The notes: generated by a model from the sequence alone, not told the origin. Positions 31,914 to 42,092 are shown, numbered from the stretch's first letter. The stretch: DNA of 64,000 nt from an uncultured Gemmatimonadaceae bacterium (GCA_963716745.1 OY970320.1:2336001-2400000); one strand, 5' to 3'. A program made the numbers and translations.

Positions 31914-33938
31914 GTGCCGGCCGACGCGCCGACAAGTGCTGACGGTGCCCTCGCGAACGCTCTCGCGCAAGACCCGCGACCTCTCCAACCGGACTCTCCT
32001 ACGCCGACCGATCGTTCTACGCGCGCCGCGCTCCGCGCCACCGCCCTCGCGCTCGCGCTGTTCGGCCTTGTGCCCATGGCGAACTGGCTGAGCGGCGGGC
32101 ACGCCGTGATCTGGTGGGGCGCTGCCATGCAGGACTGGCTGTTGTGGGGCGCCGTGACCGTGATCGCGGCGCTCGCGATCGCGCGCGCGGGAGGCGAGGC
32201 CGTGAGCGATGCGTGCGCGAACGCTTGGCGGCGTGTGATGGCGCCGAGTGCGCTGCGCTTCGGGGCCATTGTCTTCTGCGTGACGCTGGCGCTGTCGCTC
32301 GCGCTCGCGGCGTACTGCTTCGCACGGCAGCCGCACTCGATCGACGAGATGGAGGCGCTCTGGCAGGCGCGCATCTACGCGTCCGGCCATTTCGCGATCG
32401 CACCGTTCGCGCACCGCGAATTCGTGTCGATGATGAACGTGATCGACTGGGACCGGTGGTACACGCTGTTCCCCGCCGGCGGGCCGGCGCTGCTGACGGT
32501 CGGCATTCTCGCGGGCGCGGCGTGGCTCGTGAATCCGCGTGTGCGCCGCGATCGGCGTGGCGGCGACGTACGCATTCGTGCGGCGCGCGTACGACGAGTC
32601 CACCGCGCGCGCGACGGCGATCGTGCTGGCGCTCTCGCCGTTCTTCCTGTTCATGGCGGCGGGCTACCAGAATCACGTGCCGGCGCTCGCCGCGCTCGCG
32701 CTCGCGCTCGCGGCGCTCGGCGCGTGGCGCACCGCGGCCACGCCGCGCGCCGCGACGATCGCGAGCGTGGGCGTGGGCTTCGCGCTCGGCGCGCTCGTGG
32801 CGATCCGCCCGCTGGACGGCGCGCTCGCGGCGGGAGTGTTCGGGATCTTCCAGGCGGTGAACATTGCGCGGCGCAGCGGCGCCGCGACGTGGAGCTCGCT
32901 GGGCGCGCAGGCGCTCGCGGGCGCGGTGCCGGTGGCGTTCTTGCTGCTCGCCAACGCGAAGAGCACCGGGCATCCGTTCACGTTCGCGTACGGCGTGATG
33001 TGGAGCGGCACGTCGATGGGATTCGGCGCGAGTCCATTCGGCGAAGCGCACACGCCCGTGCGCGCGCTCGTGCTGCTGTCGCAGAACCTGATGCGGCTCG
33101 ACCTGTACATGTTCGAGTGGCCAGTGCCCGGGATCCTGCTGGCGCTGTTGACGCTCGTGCTGCTGCGCGCGCCGAGCGATTGGGATCTGCTCGCGGCCGG
33201 GCTCATCGTGGCATTCCTGTGCGGCTACGCGCTGTACTGGCACGAGGGATTCTGGGTGGGGCCGCGATTCATCTATCCCACGGTGCCGCTGTGGGTGCTC
33301 TTCACCGTGCGCGCGCCGGCGCTTGCTCGCGTCGCGTACGGAGAACGTGCTCTACCGGCGGGCTGCGTTCATCTCTGATCCCGCTGTGCATGGTGGCGAG
33401 CATCGTGATGCCATCCACGACAATGGGCGCGCGCATGCGCGCGGAGCGGTACCACGAATCGCTCTGGCAGCTGCGCACCGACATCGCCGCCGAGGCGCAG
33501 GCGGCGGGACTCAAGAACGCGTTGGTGGTGGTGCACGAATCGTGGGGTGCGCGGATCATGGCGCGCATGTGGGCGCTGGGCGTGCCGCGGCGCGACGCGG
33601 AGATGCTGCTGGCGCAGAGCGACGCATGCGCGCTGGAATTGGCGCTGCTCGTGGAGGAATCACCGCCGGGCGGCGATCCGGCGGGACTCGTGGAGCGTCT
33701 GCGCGCCGCGACGCCGCCGAGCGAGCGCGCCGCGCTCGCGCCGCGGCCGGACATCACGTCGGACGGGACGCTGCTGTTCTCCGATCATGGACCGTTCACG
33801 AAGCAATGCGCGGAGAATGTGCTGGCGGACAGCGCGGGGACGTCGTTGTACCCACCGTTCCTGGCGCAGAATCGGGTGACGCGCGAGGGAGAATTAGGAG
33901 GGGACGTGATATACGTGCGCGATCTTGGGCGGGCATAA
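31914..33938 (+). CDS. Polytopic membrane glycosyltransferase (GT-C, ArnT/PMT-like), frameshifts near 32535 and 33365
   Basis: Early DE motif (SIDEM), many TM helices, IRPLD, GPRF; adjacent GT2. Confidence 0.7.
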   Translation: MPADAPTSADGALANALAQDPRPLQPDSPTPTDRSTRAALRATALALALFGLVPMANWLSGGHAVIWWGAAMQDWLLWGAVTVIAALAIARAGGEAVSDACANAWRRVMAPSALRFGAIVFCVTLALSLALAAYCFARQPHSIDEMEALWQARIYASGHFAIAPFAHREFVSMMNVIDWDRWYTLFPAGGPALLTVGILAGAAWLVNPRVRRDRRGGDVRIRAARVRRVHRARDGDRAGALAVLPVHGGGLPESRAGARRARARARGARRVAHRGHAARRDDRERGRGLRARRARGDPPAGRRARGGSVRDLPGGEHCAAQRRRDVELAGRAGARGRGAGGVLAARQREEHRASVHVRVRRDVERHVDGIRRESIRRSAHARARARAAVAEPDAARPVHVRVASARDPAGAVDARAAARAERLGSARGRAHRGIPVRLRAVLARGILGGAAIHLSHGAAVGALHRARAGACSRRVRRTCSTGGLRSSLIPLCMVASIVMPSTTMGARMRAERYHESLWQLRTDIAAEAQAAGLKNALVVVHESWGARIMARMWALGVPRRDAEMLLAQSDACALELALLVEESPPGGDPAGLVERLRAATPPSERAALAPRPDITSDGTLLFSDHGPFTKQCAENVLADSAGTSLYPPFLAQNRVTREGELGGDVIYVRDLGRA

Positions 33939-34037
33939 TCTCGCGCTGAGAAAATCGTACGGGGATCGGGTTTGGTATCATTACATCCCGCGTGCATCGC
34001 GCCACCGACTCGAGTCCGGTGTTCGTCAAGTACCACT

Positions 34038-34390
34038 AACGGCGTGAGTCGCGACCCGAACGACGTGACTCGTACCCCGAACTCCGTGAGTACCGAGTCG
34101 TGCGTGGACCAGATTGTGAGGCGTGACTCGCACCCCGAACCCCGTGAGTCGCGACCCGAACGTACGTGAGTCGTACCCCGAACCCCGTGAGTACCGAGTC
34201 GTGCGTCGAACTGACCGTGAGGCGTGACTCGCGACCCCGACAGTCCGTGAGTCGACTCACGACGTCGTGGGTTGGACTCACGACGTTCGGGGTGCGACGC
34301 ACGCAGTGTGAGGCGGTACGACGCACGACTCGGTACTCACGGAGTTCGGGGTACGAGTCACGGCGTTCGGGGTGCGACGCACGCCGTTCG
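34038..34390. repeat. Family F element: two about 100-nt direct units plus an inverted unit, built of 21-nt subunits
   Basis: CGTGAGTCGCGACCCGAAC.. / CGTGAGTACCGAGTCGTGCGT at 34043 and 34143, inverted at about 34275-34388. Confidence 0.9.
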
Positions 34391-34393
34391 TAG

Positions 34394-35152
34394 TTAGTCG
34401 CGCACGAGCCGCGCCTGCGCTCCGCTCGTCCACGCCGCCGCGAGGATGTGCCAGAATGCCGCCACTCCATCCCGCCACGTGATCTTCTTCCCCTCTGCGT
34501 ACGTGCGCCCATGGTAGCTGATCGGCACTTCGTACACGCGCGCGCCCATCTGTGAGAGGCGCGCGACGATCTCCGGCTCGATGCCGAAGCGCTCGCGCGT
34601 GAGGTGCATGATCCGGAAACTCTCGCGCGTGAAGGCTTTGTAGCCCACTTCCATGTCGGTCAGGTTCAGGTTGGTGAACATGTTGGACATGAACGTGAGC
34701 GCGCCGTTGCCCATGCGGTGGTAGAAGTACAGCACGCGATGCGCGCCGGCGCCGCCGAAACGGGTGCCGCACACGGCGTCGGCGTGTCCGTCCAGAATGG
34801 GCGCGATCAGCGCGGGAATGTCGGTGGGATCGTACTCGAGGTCGGCGTCCTGGATCACGACGATATCGCCCGTCGCCTCGGCGCGTGCCGTCTGCACCGC
34901 CGAGCCTTTGCCGCGATTCTGCTCGTGCCGCGCGATCTTCATCGTGCCGCCCGACGCTTCGGCGCGCTTGGTCAGCCGCTCGAACGTGCCGTCCTTCGAA
35001 CAATCATCCACCGCGACGATCTGCAGGCTGACGCCGTCGCTCTTGAGGCGCGCGCCGAGCGCCGCGAGCGCATCGAGCGTGCGGTCGATCGTCGCGGCTT
35101 CGTTGTAGCACGGGATCAATACGGAGAGTGTGACCGGAGATGGGCGGATCAA
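34394..35152 (-). CDS. Glycosyltransferase family 2 (DPM1-like)
   Basis: IPCYNE, VDDCSKD, NRGKG, QDADLEY, TDMEVGYK, EGKKITWRDG. Confidence 0.92.
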   Translation of the reverse strand: MIRPSPVTLSVLIPCYNEAATIDRTLDALAALGARLKSDGVSLQIVAVDDCSKDGTFERLTKRAEASGGTMKIARHEQNRGKGSAVQTARAEATGDIVVIQDADLEYDPTDIPALIAPILDGHADAVCGTRFGGAGAHRVLYFYHRMGNGALTFMSNMFTNLNLTDMEVGYKAFTRESFRIMHLTRERFGIEPEIVARLSQMGARVYEVPISYHGRTYAEGKKITWRDGVAAFWHILAAAWTSGAQARLVRD

Positions 35153-35340
35153 TGGGTCTTCATCTTCTCCAGGCTGTCCATCTGCGCGTCCGGATCCGAC
35201 TTCACCTTATCCCGATTGCTGCCGCCCACCGCGTGGACGGCGCGCACGTAGATCGGATCGTTATAGATCTCGTGATCGTCCCAGCCGAACCAATAACCGG
35301 CGCAGAGGCCGGCGACGAGGATGAGCAGATACTTCAGCAT
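35149..35340 (-). CDS. Small membrane-anchored hypothetical protein
   Basis: 63 aa, N-terminal hydrophobic segment, overlaps GT2 start. Confidence 0.55.
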   Translation of the reverse strand: MLKYLLILVAGLCAGYWFGWDDHEIYNDPIYVRAVHAVGGSNRDKVKSDPDAQMDSLEKMKTH

Positions 35341-35364
35341 ATGCCGTCCAGAGAGGGTGAGCCG

Positions 35365-36003
35365 CTATAGGAAAAGACTCGCCGCGCCCTCGGCCGGTAA
35401 CGCCGGCGCCGGGCGGAAGCCGCCCCGTTCCGGGAGCGGTTCGGGGGCGCCGGTCATCTGCCCTTTCGCCCGCTCCGCGGCGAGCCACGTGTCGAATTCC
35501 GACGGTATAGCGCCCCCGGAAGCGTCGAGCCGCTGCGCGGCGCGTACGGCGAGGAAATTGGCGTACTCGTTCTGCACGTGTCCTTTGTGGCCGCGCACCC
35601 AGCGCCAGTCGATCTCGTGGCCGCGCGACGCGGCGGCGAGCTCCTGCCAGAGCGCGAGGTTCTCGAGCGCACCGCCCTTCCGGCGCCAGCCGCGCCGGAT
35701 CCAGCCGGGCACCCATTCGCGCATGCCTTTCACGAGATACTGCGAATCGCTCGTGAACACCACCGACGCGCGCTCGCCCTTGGCCGAGAAGATCCGCAGC
35801 GCCTCGAGCGCGGAGCGGATCGCCATCCGGTTGTTGGTGGTGGCCGGATCGGAGATCCAGAAATCCAGGCGCACGAGCGCGCCGGAACGCGGGTGGCGCA
35901 GTTCGATCACGCCGCCGGCGCCGCCGGGATTGTCGCCATCCTGCCCGTTGCCGAGGCACGATTCGTCGGCGTACACGGCGACGAGCGGCATGACGTCGCT
36001 CAC
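35365..36003 (-). CDS. rnhA: Ribonuclease HI
   Basis: YADESCLGN..NPGG, TTNNRM, SDSQY, WVRGH.GH..NE. Confidence 0.9.
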   Translation of the reverse strand: MSDVMPLVAVYADESCLGNGQDGDNPGGAGGVIELRHPRSGALVRLDFWISDPATTNNRMAIRSALEALRIFSAKGERASVVFTSDSQYLVKGMREWVPGWIRRGWRRKGGALENLALWQELAAASRGHEIDWRWVRGHKGHVQNEYANFLAVRAAQRLDASGGAIPSEFDTWLAAERAKGQMTGAPEPLPERGGFRPAPALPAEGAASLFL

Positions 36004-36218
36004 GCGATCACCTGGATGCTGTCCACCTCGTCGATGTAGAAGACGAGCGGTTGGCCGGTGGACGGGTGCACGCTCTCGAGCCGCTCGCGCCCGCCGTCGA
36101 GCACCAGCCGTTCCGCGACGACGACATACTCCGTGCCGCGGCGCAGGATCACGAGGCGTCCGCGATCGGTGACCGCGCGCTCCAATGCGTCGTACTGCGC
36201 GGGCGTCAGGCGGGCCAC
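36000..36218 (-). CDS. Small hypothetical protein
   Basis: Fills the operon gap with overlapping start/stop; start uncertain. Confidence 0.55.
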   Translation of the reverse strand: MARLTPAQYDALERAVTDRGRLVILRRGTEYVVVAERLVLDGGRERLESVHPSTGQPLVFYIDEVDSIQVIA

Positions 36219-37387
36219 GCGCCGCTTCCTCCGCACCAGCTCGCGACGAGGCCCGTGAGCACGTTCGTGGCGGTCTCCACCTCGGCGAGGGGCACGAACT
36301 CCGCCGCGGCGTGCGCGAGCCCGATGTCGCCGGGGCCGTAGCAGATCGCGGGAATGCCGGCCTCGTTGAGCAACGCGGCGTCGGTCCACGCGCTCATGCC
36401 GGCGAGGCGCGCGGCGCCACCATCCGCCGCGATCGCCTGGCTGAGCGCGCGCACGACCGGCGCGTCGGGCGCGACATCGCTCGGGCGCTGCGCGAGATCC
36501 AGCGCGACCTCGGCATTGAACTCGGGACGGCGCGCTTTGACCCGTGCGCACGCGGCGCGCACTTCTTCGAGCGCGCACTCCGCGGTGTCACCCGGCAGCG
36601 TGCGCCACTCGATGCGCAGCACGCAGCGGTCGGGGTACGTGGTCATGCCGCTGCCGCCTTCGATCGACGACGCGTGCAGCGAGCCGCGCCCGAGCAGCGG
36701 GTGCGTGCGCGCGCTGAGCGCGCCGGCGTCGAACGCGTCGAGCTCGGCGAGCAGGAGTCCGGCGAGGCGAATGGCGTCGATGCCGATGTCGTAGCGGCTG
36801 CCGTGCGCGGCGCGCCCCTTCACCGTGATCGTGAACCACGCGAAGCCGCGGTGCGCGGGCATGATCGTGAGGCGCGTGGGCTCCGTGATCACGGCGGCGT
36901 CGGCGCGCACGCCGGTGGCGAGGAGCGCGCGCGTGCCGATGCTCGCCCACTCTTCATCGGCCACGGCGGCGATGATCACTTCGCCGGGGAGCGCCGCGGC
37001 GGCATGCGCACGCACAGCCGCGGCGCACATCGCGGCCACTCCGCCCTTCATGTCGGCCGAGCCGCGCGCGTAGAGTTTGCCGTCGCGCTCCTCGGCGGCG
37101 AACGGCTCGTGGATCATGCCGTCGACGCCGACGACGTCGAGATGGCCGTTGAGCATGAGCGAGCGGCCGCCGCGCGCCGTGCCGATGCGGGCGATCACGT
37201 TCGGGCGGCCGGGCGCGGCGTCGCGGATCTCGACGCGGAATCCCCACTGCCCGAGGACCGCGGCGAGGGCGCGCGCGGCGGCGCTCTCGCCGGGCGCGCC
37301 GGCGGCGAGCGACGGATTGCGGGAATCGATGCGGGCGAGGAGTCGCAGCAGCGCGAGCGCGTCGCCGACGCCAGGCGCCGAACTCAT
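36206..37387 (-). CDS. ArgE/DapE family M20 deacylase
   Basis: NGHLDVV, ARGSADMKG, DEE, GRAAHGS, WTDA, YGPG. Confidence 0.92.
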   Translation of the reverse strand: MSSAPGVGDALALLRLLARIDSRNPSLAAGAPGESAAARALAAVLGQWGFRVEIRDAAPGRPNVIARIGTARGGRSLMLNGHLDVVGVDGMIHEPFAAEERDGKLYARGSADMKGGVAAMCAAAVRAHAAAALPGEVIIAAVADEEWASIGTRALLATGVRADAAVITEPTRLTIMPAHRGFAWFTITVKGRAAHGSRYDIGIDAIRLAGLLLAELDAFDAGALSARTHPLLGRGSLHASSIEGGSGMTTYPDRCVLRIEWRTLPGDTAECALEEVRAACARVKARRPEFNAEVALDLAQRPSDVAPDAPVVRALSQAIAADGGAARLAGMSAWTDAALLNEAGIPAICYGPGDIGLAHAAAEFVPLAEVETATNVLTGLVASWCGGSGAWPA

Positions 37388-37400
37388 GCGGAGCGCGGAG

Positions 37401-37832
37401 CTAGCGTTTCTTCTTCGCGGGTTTCTTCTTCGCGGCGGGTTTCTTCTTCGCGCCGGCCTTCCCCTTCTTCCCCTTGGAACGGCTCTTGTGCGCGGCCTCG
37501 ACCTCGACCATGAGCTTGTCGACTTCCTCCTGCATCATCTGGCCGCGGCGCACCATGTACTGGAGCAGATCGCGCGCGCTCTCGAGGGGGAATTCACCGA
37601 GTCCGGCCGCGGCGCCGATCACGTCCTTCATCGCCGCCGACATCTTGCTGCCGGCTTCGAGGCTGATCTCGTGCGCGCGCGCCGCCATTTCGGCGACCGT
37701 ATCGCGCACATCTTGCCCGCGGTGTCCAGGTCCGCGGCGAGGAACTCCGGGCGTTCCGGGTGCGCCCGGCACGCCGGGGGTTGCGGGCGGGACGGTCGGC
37801 TTGCTATCTGCAACGAGTGGCTTATCCGGCAT
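37401..37832 (-). CDS. Hypothetical protein with Lys/Ala-rich histone-like tail
   Basis: C-terminus KKKPAAKKKPAKKKR. Confidence 0.65.
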   Translation of the reverse strand: MPDKPLVADSKPTVPPATPGVPGAPGTPGVPRRGPGHRGQDVRDTVAEMAARAHEISLEAGSKMSAAMKDVIGAAAGLGEFPLESARDLLQYMVRRGQMMQEEVDKLMVEVEAAHKSRSKGKKGKAGAKKKPAAKKKPAKKKR

Positions 37833-38035
37833 GTTGGGTCGAGCTCCGAGTCGAACGGCGATGAGCGCGAGAAAGTGTGCGCTGCAAGAATTGGTCGTGT
37901 CGCAGGCGTAAGTATAAGATTCTGCGAGCGCGGTGCAAGGGAACCTAAAGTCCAATATCAGGGCGGCTGCATGACATTTCAGAGACAATTACTGCCAATC
38001 ATGCCAGAAAATAGCGCCATTTTCGCGCCATTATA

Positions 38036-39145
38036 ATGCCAAATATAGCACATTTACCGCTAAATGGCGTCCGCGTGCTCGATCTCTCGCGCGTGCTCGC
38101 CGGACCACTCGCGACGATGATGCTCGGCGATCTCGGCGCCGATGTCATCAAGATCGAGCGGCCGGAGCTCGGCGACGAGACGCGCAGCTGGGGACCGCCC
38201 TTCGACGCGCGCGGAGAGAGCGCGTATTTCCTGAGCATCAACCGGAACAAGCTCTCGGTGGCCGCCGATTTCTCGATCGCCGCCGATCGCGCGCTGTTGG
38301 ATGCGCTGATCGACCGCGCCAATGTGGTGATCGACAATTTCCTCCCCGGAGCTCTCGAGCGCGCCGGCTTCGCGCCCGACGAACTCGTGCTTCAGCGTCC
38401 CGAACTCACCTGGTGCACGATCACCGGCTTCGGACCGGACAGCGACCGCCCCGGCTACGACTACGTGATCCAGGCCGAGCGCGGCTGGATGGCGATCACC
38501 GGGCCCGTCGCGGGCGCCCCGACCAAGATCGGTGTGGCACTCGCCGATGTCATCGCGGGGAAGGATACGGCGATCGCGGTCCTCGGCGCGCTCGTCGCGC
38601 GCTATCGCACAGGGCGCGGCGCGCGACTGTTCACCTCGCTCGCGCACAGCGCATCCGCCGCGCTCGTGAACGTGGCGCAGAACGCGCTCGTGAGCGGCGC
38701 CGAGCCCAAGCGCTGGGGGAACGCGCATCCCAATCTCGTGCCCTACGAGATGTTCGCGGCGCGCGATCGCGGCATCGTCGTCGCGGTGGGGAGTGACGCG
38801 CAATGGGTCGCGTGCACGCGCGCGCTGGGCCTCGACGCGCTCGCGGCCGACCCGTCGCTCGCGACCAACGCGGGGCGGCTCGCGCAGCGGGAGCGGATCG
38901 CGGCAGCGATGGGCGAGCGGCTGCGTGAGCGTGACGCGCGCCATTGGTGCGACGCGCTGGATGCGGCGGGCGTGCCGAACGGCGTCGTGAAGGGGGTGCT
39001 CGAGTCGCTGCGCGACATCGACGCGAACGCGCTCACCGGCGTGGCGCCGCTCGAGCCGCACCTCGGCACCGTGCGCCGGCCGCCGCCGATGCTCAATGAG
39101 CACGGCGCGCTCGTGCGCGCGCGCGGCTGGGACGCGTTCGCGTGA
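38036..39145 (+). CDS. CaiB/BaiF family III CoA-transferase
   Basis: VLDLSRVLAGP, LGDLGADVIKIE, NRNKLS, GYD. Confidence 0.93.
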   Translation: MPNIAHLPLNGVRVLDLSRVLAGPLATMMLGDLGADVIKIERPELGDETRSWGPPFDARGESAYFLSINRNKLSVAADFSIAADRALLDALIDRANVVIDNFLPGALERAGFAPDELVLQRPELTWCTITGFGPDSDRPGYDYVIQAERGWMAITGPVAGAPTKIGVALADVIAGKDTAIAVLGALVARYRTGRGARLFTSLAHSASAALVNVAQNALVSGAEPKRWGNAHPNLVPYEMFAARDRGIVVAVGSDAQWVACTRALGLDALAADPSLATNAGRLAQRERIAAAMGERLRERDARHWCDALDAAGVPNGVVKGVLESLRDIDANALTGVAPLEPHLGTVRRPPPMLNEHGALVRARGWDAFA

Positions 39146-39159
39146 CCCGCCGCTAGCCG

Positions 39160-40272
39160 GTGCGCTACCTCGGCAACAAGACGCGGCTCCTGCCGTTCAT
39201 CACGGGCGCGATCGCGCGCCTCGGGATCCGGCCCGGTCGCGCGCACGACGCGTTCGCCGGCACCGCGAGCGTGGGGAGGGCGCTCAAGCAGCGCGGATGG
39301 CGCGTGGCGTCGAGCGATCTCATGACGTACTCGTACGTGTTCCAGCGTGCGTACGTCGTGGCGCAGCGGGTGCCGAGCTTCGCGGAGCTGCGCGCGGCGG
39401 ACCCGGAGCTGCGCCGCGCGCTGCGCAGTGCGCGATTCTCGCGGGCGGTAGCGGCGCGCGGTGGCGGCGCGCTGAACGCAGCCGCGGAATACCTCGCGAA
39501 GTGGATCGATCCCGAACCCGGTTTCGTGACGAAGAATTTCTCCCCGGCCGGCGATCGCATGTTCTTCACCGAGGCGAACGCCGAGCGCATCGATACCGTG
39601 CGTTCGCGCCTCGAGACGTGGCGCACCGAGGGGCTGCTGGGCGACGACGGCTACTATTTGCTGCTCGCGGCGCTGCTGGAAGGCGCCGACCGGGTGGCCA
39701 ATACAGCGGGCGTGTACGCGGCCTACATCAAGAGTTGGCAGTCGAACGCGAGGCGCTCGCTGGACCTCGTGCTCACGCCGCCCCAGCGCGGCGCGCGCGG
39801 TTCGACGGCGCACGTCGGCGACGCGGCGATCGTGGCGCGTAACGTGGGCGTCGTGGACCTGCTCTACGTGGATCCTCCGTACAACTCCCGGCAGTATTCG
39901 GGCTACTACCACGTGCCCGAACTGATCGCGCGCGGCTGGTTCGACCAGCGGCCGGCGCTCGCCGGGAAGACGGGCCTGCCGGCCCGTGGCGCCACGCAGA
40001 GCGCGTGGTGCAGGCCGAAGCAGGTGCAGGGTGAGCTGGAGCGCCTGCTGGCCGCCACAGAGGCGCGGCACGTACTCGTGAGCTACAACTCCGAGGGTCA
40101 TCTCACCGAGAACGCGCTGCGCCGAGCATTGACCGAATGTTCGGTGGACGGAAAGGTGCGCCGTTTCACGAAGGCATACGCGCGCTACCGCGCCGATTCG
40201 GATCACGCGCGCCGAAGATATCGCGATGACGGATTGAAAGAATTGTTGTACTACGCGCGGCTACGTCGATAA
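39160..40272 (+). CDS. N6-adenine DNA methyltransferase (D12 class), orphan
   Basis: RYLGNK, DAFAGTASVG motif I, LYVDPPY motif IV, VSYNSEG. Confidence 0.9.
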   Translation: MRYLGNKTRLLPFITGAIARLGIRPGRAHDAFAGTASVGRALKQRGWRVASSDLMTYSYVFQRAYVVAQRVPSFAELRAADPELRRALRSARFSRAVAARGGGALNAAAEYLAKWIDPEPGFVTKNFSPAGDRMFFTEANAERIDTVRSRLETWRTEGLLGDDGYYLLLAALLEGADRVANTAGVYAAYIKSWQSNARRSLDLVLTPPQRGARGSTAHVGDAAIVARNVGVVDLLYVDPPYNSRQYSGYYHVPELIARGWFDQRPALAGKTGLPARGATQSAWCRPKQVQGELERLLAATEARHVLVSYNSEGHLTENALRRALTECSVDGKVRRFTKAYARYRADSDHARRRYRDDGLKELLYYARLRR

Positions 40273-40466
40273 ATCAGATACGGTTGTGAAAGAATCAGAA
40301 ACAGGCGTTCGTGGTACGCGTTTGGAACTGCGAAAAAACCGTTACTCCGCGCTCGGAAATTCGTCTTATGGACATGGCGACTGCTGCTCGACCGCAGGTT
40401 CGGTCCAGGGCCCGAGTCAGAGGGCTGTCCGTAGGGCGAACAAAGCGTTACACTTTTGCCGTGAAG

Positions 40467-41030
40467 ATGAGTGTAATGGCCTCCCGCCCCGCGGATCCGC
40501 TCGAGGCGGATCATGAAGTGATCGCCCGTGTATTGCAGGGTGATCGCAACGCCTTCGGCTCCCTGATCGGCCGCTACAGCGATCCGCTGTACCGCCATGC
40601 TTTGGGAATGACAGGCAGTCCCGACGTCGCCGAGGATATCCTGCAAGCGTCGTTCATCAAGGCGCACGCGCACCTCGCCGAGGTGCATGGGCGGTTCGAT
40701 GCTTGGATCTTCAGGATCGTGGCGAACGGGTGCAAGGATTGGCTGAAGAACATCCGGCGCACGCATCTCAGCTATGAGGAGGACGACCAGCCGTCGTCCT
40801 TTGCGACACCGGAAGATGAATTGGACCGTACGGAGCTCAGGTCGGATCTCGACCGGGCGCTGCAGGCTCTGGCGCCGTCGCTCCGAGAAGCTTTCGTGAT
40901 GAAGCATGTGGAAGGACGGTCATACGAGGAGATGGCCGACCTGTTGGGCACGACCGTCGGAGCGCTGAAAATGCGCGTCCACCGCGCGCGTGAAGCTCTC
41001 CAAGCCCTTCTCGAGGATAAGTACGCATAA
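40467..41030 (+). CDS. ECF sigma factor
   Basis: AEDILQ..F, WIFRIVAN, SYEEMA..LG.TVGALKMRVHRAR; start may be 40368. Confidence 0.92.
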   Translation: MSVMASRPADPLEADHEVIARVLQGDRNAFGSLIGRYSDPLYRHALGMTGSPDVAEDILQASFIKAHAHLAEVHGRFDAWIFRIVANGCKDWLKNIRRTHLSYEEDDQPSSFATPEDELDRTELRSDLDRALQALAPSLREAFVMKHVEGRSYEEMADLLGTTVGALKMRVHRAREALQALLEDKYA

Positions 41031-41446
41031 TGCTAGACAACCTGGATCCAAACGAACCGCGGCTGCCGAAGACGCGTGAAACGCCGGCCGAGTCGCGTCC
41101 CCTTGCCGACCGCGAAGTGCCCCTGACGGGCCGCGCCGGCGCTGCGTCCTTGCACGCGTGGCTCGACGGCGAGATGCCCGAGAGCGCGGCGCGTGTTGGC
41201 GACGTGACGCGCGACGTGGACTTCTGGGTGCGCCTGGAAGGCGATCTGAAGGCGCGCCGCCAGATGAGCGCGCCGGCCGACCTGCAGAGCCGGATCATGA
41301 GCGCCATCGGCACTGCGAGCCCGGCTGCGGCGTCGAAGTGGTACGCCAAGAACGTCACGATGACGGTCTCCATGGCGGCCGCGACGTCGATCGGTCTGTT
41401 CTTGTTCGGCCTACTGGCGGGCGTGGCGATTTATTACGCGCGCTGA
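41030..41446 (+). CDS. Putative membrane-anchored anti-sigma factor
   Basis: Coupled to the sigma (TAATG); AWLDGE motif; C-terminal TM. Confidence 0.7.
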   Translation: MLDNLDPNEPRLPKTRETPAESRPLADREVPLTGRAGAASLHAWLDGEMPESAARVGDVTRDVDFWVRLEGDLKARRQMSAPADLQSRIMSAIGTASPAAASKWYAKNVTMTVSMAAATSIGLFLFGLLAGVAIYYAR

Positions 41447-41473
41447 ACTGCCGCTGAGTTCCTTGTACGATCG

Positions 41474-41499
41474 CCGGCCCTCGAAAGGGGGCCGGTTTT
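41474..41499 (+). terminator. Rho-independent terminator
   Basis: CCGGCCC...GGGCCGG followed by TTTT. Confidence 0.75.
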
Positions 41500-41511
41500 C
41501 GTTTGAGGAGC

Positions 41512-41626
41512 AACTACGCGGGACGCGGGAATCGGGAATCGCCGCGGGACGCGTGAACGGCGCGTCGGGCCAGCGCGCAGTTCTCGCTCACCGCGGCGAG
41601 TCCCGAGTCCCGCATCCCGCGTAGTT
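41512..41626. repeat. Family H IR element (GGGAATC heptamers)
   Basis: AACTACGCGGGACGCGGGAATCGGGAATCGCCGCGG / CCGCGGCGAGTCCCGAGTCCCGCATCCCGCGTAGTT; half copy at about 10742-10765. Confidence 0.85.
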
Positions 41627-42092
41627 CAGCGCGAAAGCCTTCGCTCCAAGATGATCAGATCCACCCGCGGCCGGTAAAGATCACGCACCCGCCCCGACTC
41701 CGTGAATCGGCACGCAAGAAGCAGCTTGAGCGCGGGGGCGAGCGCCGGGTCGCCGGCCAGCTCGGCGACGAACAGGCGGGTGCCGCGGGCGCGCAGGGCC
41801 TCGCCTGCGGCCGCCATTAGCGCACTGCCGACGCCTCTGCGCCGCCGCGACGGATGCACGCTCACGCCGACAAGCGCGGCCGTTCCCTCGGTGCCCGCCA
41901 CGGCCTCCGCGAGGATCACGCCGGCGAGATCACCATGCTCCGCGAACGCGAGCGCGATATCCGGCGAGTGGTCGAGCCGCTCGCGGGCCTTCGCCAAGTA
42001 TCGCGCGAGCACCACATCGCCCGTGAGCAGGGCGCGCGCGGCGCGATGGTCCTCCGGAGCGAGGGGACGAATGCCCGCCGCGCCGGCGAGGG

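Noticed and set aside
33972..34512. Arg-rich small ORFs
   Set aside because: Translations of the family F repeat.
38027..38041. Minus-strand sigma54-like motif TGGCATTATAATGGC
   Set aside because: Weak -12 box, no enhancer, and it overlaps a TATAAT that is equally explained as a sigma70 -10.
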